The position numbers and the translations under genes were made by a program. The notes below the pieces were generated by a model, which worked only from the letters and a program-made list of their open reading frames with translations, had not been told where the DNA came from and ran no database searches. Below are positions 60,902 through 64,000 of a stretch of DNA of 64,000 nt, piece after piece. The first letter of the stretch is position 1, and every line of letters starts with the position of its first letter. This DNA is from an uncultured cyanobacterium (GTDB lineage Bacteria > Cyanobacteriota > Cyanobacteriia > Cyanobacteriales > Nostocaceae), in assembly GCA_963706595.1 (NCBI GenBank), contig OY970166.1:5280001-5344000 (forward strand). The letters run 5' to 3'.

Positions 60902-61524
60902 GAGGGTGTTTGAGAAAAATCTATATTTTCAGCAAAATTAACTTTTTTATATAATTGCTTTAAAGACAATTCTAAATTAATTGTTGACAGATTTAACTTA
61001 GCACTTTCTGTGTCATATTCAGTCAAAATCCATTGGTTTTCAGGAGTCTTGACATACTGCATCACATAATATTGAGTTTGGTCAATTAAAATATATTCTT
61101 TAAACTCAGGAATTGAGCGATAATAGAGAAATTTATCCCCCTGGTCATAATCTTTGGTAGATTTGGATAAAACTTCAGCAATTAATAAAGGATTTGTCAC
61201 CGTTGTAGTATTTGTAGTGTAATAAACAGGTTCACCCTCAATTACCATGACATCAGGATAGGTAAACTGCCGATAGCGTGGTATCCACAATTTCACATCA
61301 CCGATATAAACTTCATATTCTAAATCAAATAATGCTAAATTTAAGCTAGTTGCTAGATTTAACGCCAACTTATTATGATTGGTAGTTCCCCCAGTCACAG
61401 GAATAATTTCTCCATCTCGAAATTCATTTTTATCATCAGCTTTTGCTTCTAGTTCTAAATATTCTTCTGGGGTGTAGTAAGCTTTAACTATTTTAATTTC
61501 TTGGGTAGTAGTTTGCAATTTCAT
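60892..61524 (-). CDS. Uma2 family endonuclease
   Basis: YTPEEYLELE, YPDVMV, EVLSKST, EYILIDQ. Confidence 0.9.
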   Translation of the reverse strand: MKLQTTTQEIKIVKAYYTPEEYLELEAKADDKNEFRDGEIIPVTGGTTNHNKLALNLATSLNLALFDLEYEVYIGDVKLWIPRYRQFTYPDVMVIEGEPVYYTTNTTTVTNPLLIAEVLSKSTKDYDQGDKFLYYRSIPEFKEYILIDQTQYYVMQYVKTPENQWILTEYDTESAKLNLSTINLELSLKQLYKKVNFAENIDFSQTPSQS

Positions 61525-61684
61525 AGATTTATTCACTGAAATTATGAATACATTTATATTTTACCTGCTACCTTGCCTCTTTGAGAAATCTATCTTGCAG
61601 TATACCAAAATCTAAACCTAAGAAGGTATTTAATTCTCTGAGTTTTGGCTATCATCAGCAACGACTGCTCAGTGAGGAATCTGG

Positions 61685-62692
61685 ATGAATACAGAGATAG
61701 CGGCACTTTTGGACAGGGTGCAGAAAATGGTTAGCGATTTCATTATTTTGCTACCCAATATTGTGCTAGGGTTGTTTGTTTTTACAATCTTTGTAATTGT
61801 CGGGAGATCAATCAAGCGACTAGTGAGACGCTTAACCAGTCACCGCAGCTATGCTCGCAATTTGGGAATGGTGCTGGGGAGGTTGGCACAAGGAACTACA
61901 GTTTTGGTGGGTTTGTTTATTTCTTTATCCATTGTCTTTCCCTCGCTCAAAGCATCGGATTTGGTGCAATTGCTGGGAATCAGTGGGGTAGCAATCGGTT
62001 TTGCTTTTCGCGATATTTTACAAAACTTTTTAGCTGGAATTCTCATTTTACTCACAGAACCGTTCCAAATCAATGACCAAATTGTGTTTAAGAACTTTGA
62101 AGGTACGGTAGAAAATATTGAAACACGAGCTACTACTATTAGAACTTACGATGGTCGGCGGATTGTGATTCCCAATTCTGAACTATTCACCAATTCGGTA
62201 ACTGTAAATACCGCCTTCGATAATCGGCGTTTAGAATACGATGTCGGCGTTGGCTACGGCGATGACCTGGACTGGACAAAGCAGTTAATGCTGGAAGCGA
62301 TGCATAGTGTAGATGTTGTGTTAAAAGACCCGCCTCCTGATGTCCTGGTGATGGAACTTGCGGATAATAGTGTGAATATCCGGGCGCGATGGTGGATTCA
62401 ACCACCCCGATGGTCAGATGCTCTAGATTCACGCGATCAAGTCATCTCTGCAATCAAGCAAAAGCTTTATGTGGAAAACGGCATCGATTTACCATATCCT
62501 ACCAGACAAATTTTATTCCACGACCAAACCGAAGAAACAGATGGCGATCGCACTCGTCAGCGTGAAGGTTGGCCAGCCGGGAAAAACAAAGTCCCCAAAC
62601 CACGTAGCATTGGCGGTTCACTCAAACGTTTAGCCCAATTGCCGGATCGGAATGGCAAGGTAGATGCTGACAGAAAAAACCACGAATCATGA
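61685..62692 (+). CDS. mscS: Small-conductance mechanosensitive channel
   Basis: Three TM helices, AIGFAFRDILQNFLAG, IPNS. Confidence 0.9.
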   Translation: MNTEIAALLDRVQKMVSDFIILLPNIVLGLFVFTIFVIVGRSIKRLVRRLTSHRSYARNLGMVLGRLAQGTTVLVGLFISLSIVFPSLKASDLVQLLGISGVAIGFAFRDILQNFLAGILILLTEPFQINDQIVFKNFEGTVENIETRATTIRTYDGRRIVIPNSELFTNSVTVNTAFDNRRLEYDVGVGYGDDLDWTKQLMLEAMHSVDVVLKDPPPDVLVMELADNSVNIRARWWIQPPRWSDALDSRDQVISAIKQKLYVENGIDLPYPTRQILFHDQTEETDGDRTRQREGWPAGKNKVPKPRSIGGSLKRLAQLPDRNGKVDADRKNHES

Positions 62693-64000
62693 ATAATGTC
62701 AAGTTATCCAAGTTGTGGGATGCCCTTCATACTAGCTACTGGTTTTTGCCAGGAATTTTGGCAATTTCTGCCGTGATTTTGGCATTTACAATGTTGAGCC
62801 TTGACCGCACAATTGGTTTTGATGATTGGGATTGGATCTACACAGGTGGACCCGATGGGGCTAGAGAAGTGCTATCTGCGATCGCAGGTTCAATGGTGAG
62901 TGTTGCAGCGACAGCCTTTTCCATTACAATTGTCGCCCTACAACTGGCTTCTGCTAACTTCGGACCAAGACTGCTGCGTAACTTTATGCGCGACACAGGC
63001 AATCAAATTGTCCTGGGTACATTCATTGCCACGTTTATTTATTCCTTGCTGGTGCTGCGTGCTATTTATGGAGAGGACTACAATCTATTTATTCCCCATC
63101 TTTCAGTCACAGTCGGTATTGTGCTAGCGATTCTCAGCATTGCCGTCCTGATTTACTTTATTCATCACGCATCAACCATCATTCAAGCATCGCACGTTAT
63201 TAAGAGTGTGAGTGAAGATTTAGACAAAGCTATTGATCGGCTATTTCCCGAAAAAATTGGTGTTAATCCCCCAGCCCATCAACTACATCTAGGGGAAATT
63301 CCACCCGATTTTGAGTTACAGGCTTACCCAATTAAAGCCAATAGTAATGGTTATTTACAAGCCATTAATGATCAAAAACTCATGGAAATTGCTTGTAAAT
63401 ATAATCTCCTGATCCATGTTAAATCTCGACCAGGAAAGTTTGTGATTAAGGGCAATGAATTGGTCATGGTTTGGCCTGGTGAACGAGTCAATCGCAAACT
63501 TAACCATCGATTGCAGAAAACATTTATTTTCGGAAAGGAACGCACTGAACAGCAGGATGTGGAGTTTCCTCTGCAACAGTTAGTAGAAATTGCTCTGCGG
63601 GCTATTTCTCCGGGAATCAACGATCCTTTCACTGCGATTCGATGTATTGACCGTTTGAGTGCTGCACTGTGTCATCTTGTACAAAGACAGTTTCCCTCAC
63701 CTTACCGCTACGATGATCATAACCAATTGCGGGTGATTGCCAAACCAGTAACTTTTGAGGGGATAGTCGATCAAGCTTTTAACCAAATTCGGCAGAACAG
63801 CAGAACTGATGCAGCTGTGACGATTCATTTGCTCAAGGCGATCGCCTTAATCGCCACTTGCACCCATAATGGGCAATATCAGCAAATTCTCAAGCGTCAT
63901 GCTGACATGATCGCGCGAGGAAGCCATGAAGGCTTGCCAGAATCACAAGACCGCCAGGATGTCCAGGATAAATATAACAGCGTGATTCAAGTCTTGGAGC
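62689..64000 (+). CDS. DUF2254 family membrane protein, 3'-truncated by window edge
   Basis: ATGA overlap with mscS; MNNVKLSKLWDALHTSYWFLP, FGPRLLRNF, EIALRAISPGINDPFTA; frame open to the window end. Confidence 0.85.
   Translation, partial: MNNVKLSKLWDALHTSYWFLPGILAISAVILAFTMLSLDRTIGFDDWDWIYTGGPDGAREVLSAIAGSMVSVAATAFSITIVALQLASANFGPRLLRNFMRDTGNQIVLGTFIATFIYSLLVLRAIYGEDYNLFIPHLSVTVGIVLAILSIAVLIYFIHHASTIIQASHVIKSVSEDLDKAIDRLFPEKIGVNPPAHQLHLGEIPPDFELQAYPIKANSNGYLQAINDQKLMEIACKYNLLIHVKSRPGKFVIKGNELVMVWPGERVNRKLNHRLQKTFIFGKERTEQQDVEFPLQQLVEIALRAISPGINDPFTAIRCIDRLSAALCHLVQRQFPSPYRYDDHNQLRVIAKPVTFEGIVDQAFNQIRQNSRTDAAVTIHLLKAIALIATCTHNGQYQQILKRHADMIARGSHEGLPESQDRQDVQDKYNSVIQVLE

Overview
Chromosomal segment of a heterocyst-forming (Nostocales-type) cyanobacterium, inferred from frequent HIP1 GCGATCGC sites, STRR heptamer tracts and protein content. 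From left to right: (1) the end of an NRPS/PKS siderophore cluster (carrier domain, type II thioesterase, AMIN-TonB receptor, ABC binding protein, sucrase/ferredoxin-like protein); (2) pyrC, a nested IS scar and housekeeping genes up to ftsH3; (3) an AT-rich, HIP1-free ~6.7 kb insert between ftsH3 and bioB. It encodes a 1182-aa multidomain reverse transcriptase (HTH + RHH + methyltransferase-like + RT[YVDD] + helical repeats) in an apparent operon with a UvrD helicase carrying an inserted DEDDh exonuclease, plus a divergent small ORF flanked by hairpins. This is the best candidate for an undescribed, probably anti-phage, system; (4) bioB, rimJ, a PlsY/PEP-utilising fusion, small genes and MITEs; (5) a low-zinc operon led by a Zur box (thrS2 with its editing domain deleted in frame, COG0523, folE, hisI, cysS); (6) a type III-D-like CRISPR-Cas locus with HD-less Cas10, a Cami1-like CARF-RelE effector, Csx3-ATPase, a damaged csx18, only a cas2 remnant and no cas1, two arrays with different repeats, and a mini-array after a csgG-like gene next to a WYL gene; (7) Uma2, MscS and a partial DUF2254 gene. 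All calls come from reading motifs by eye; no database search was run.
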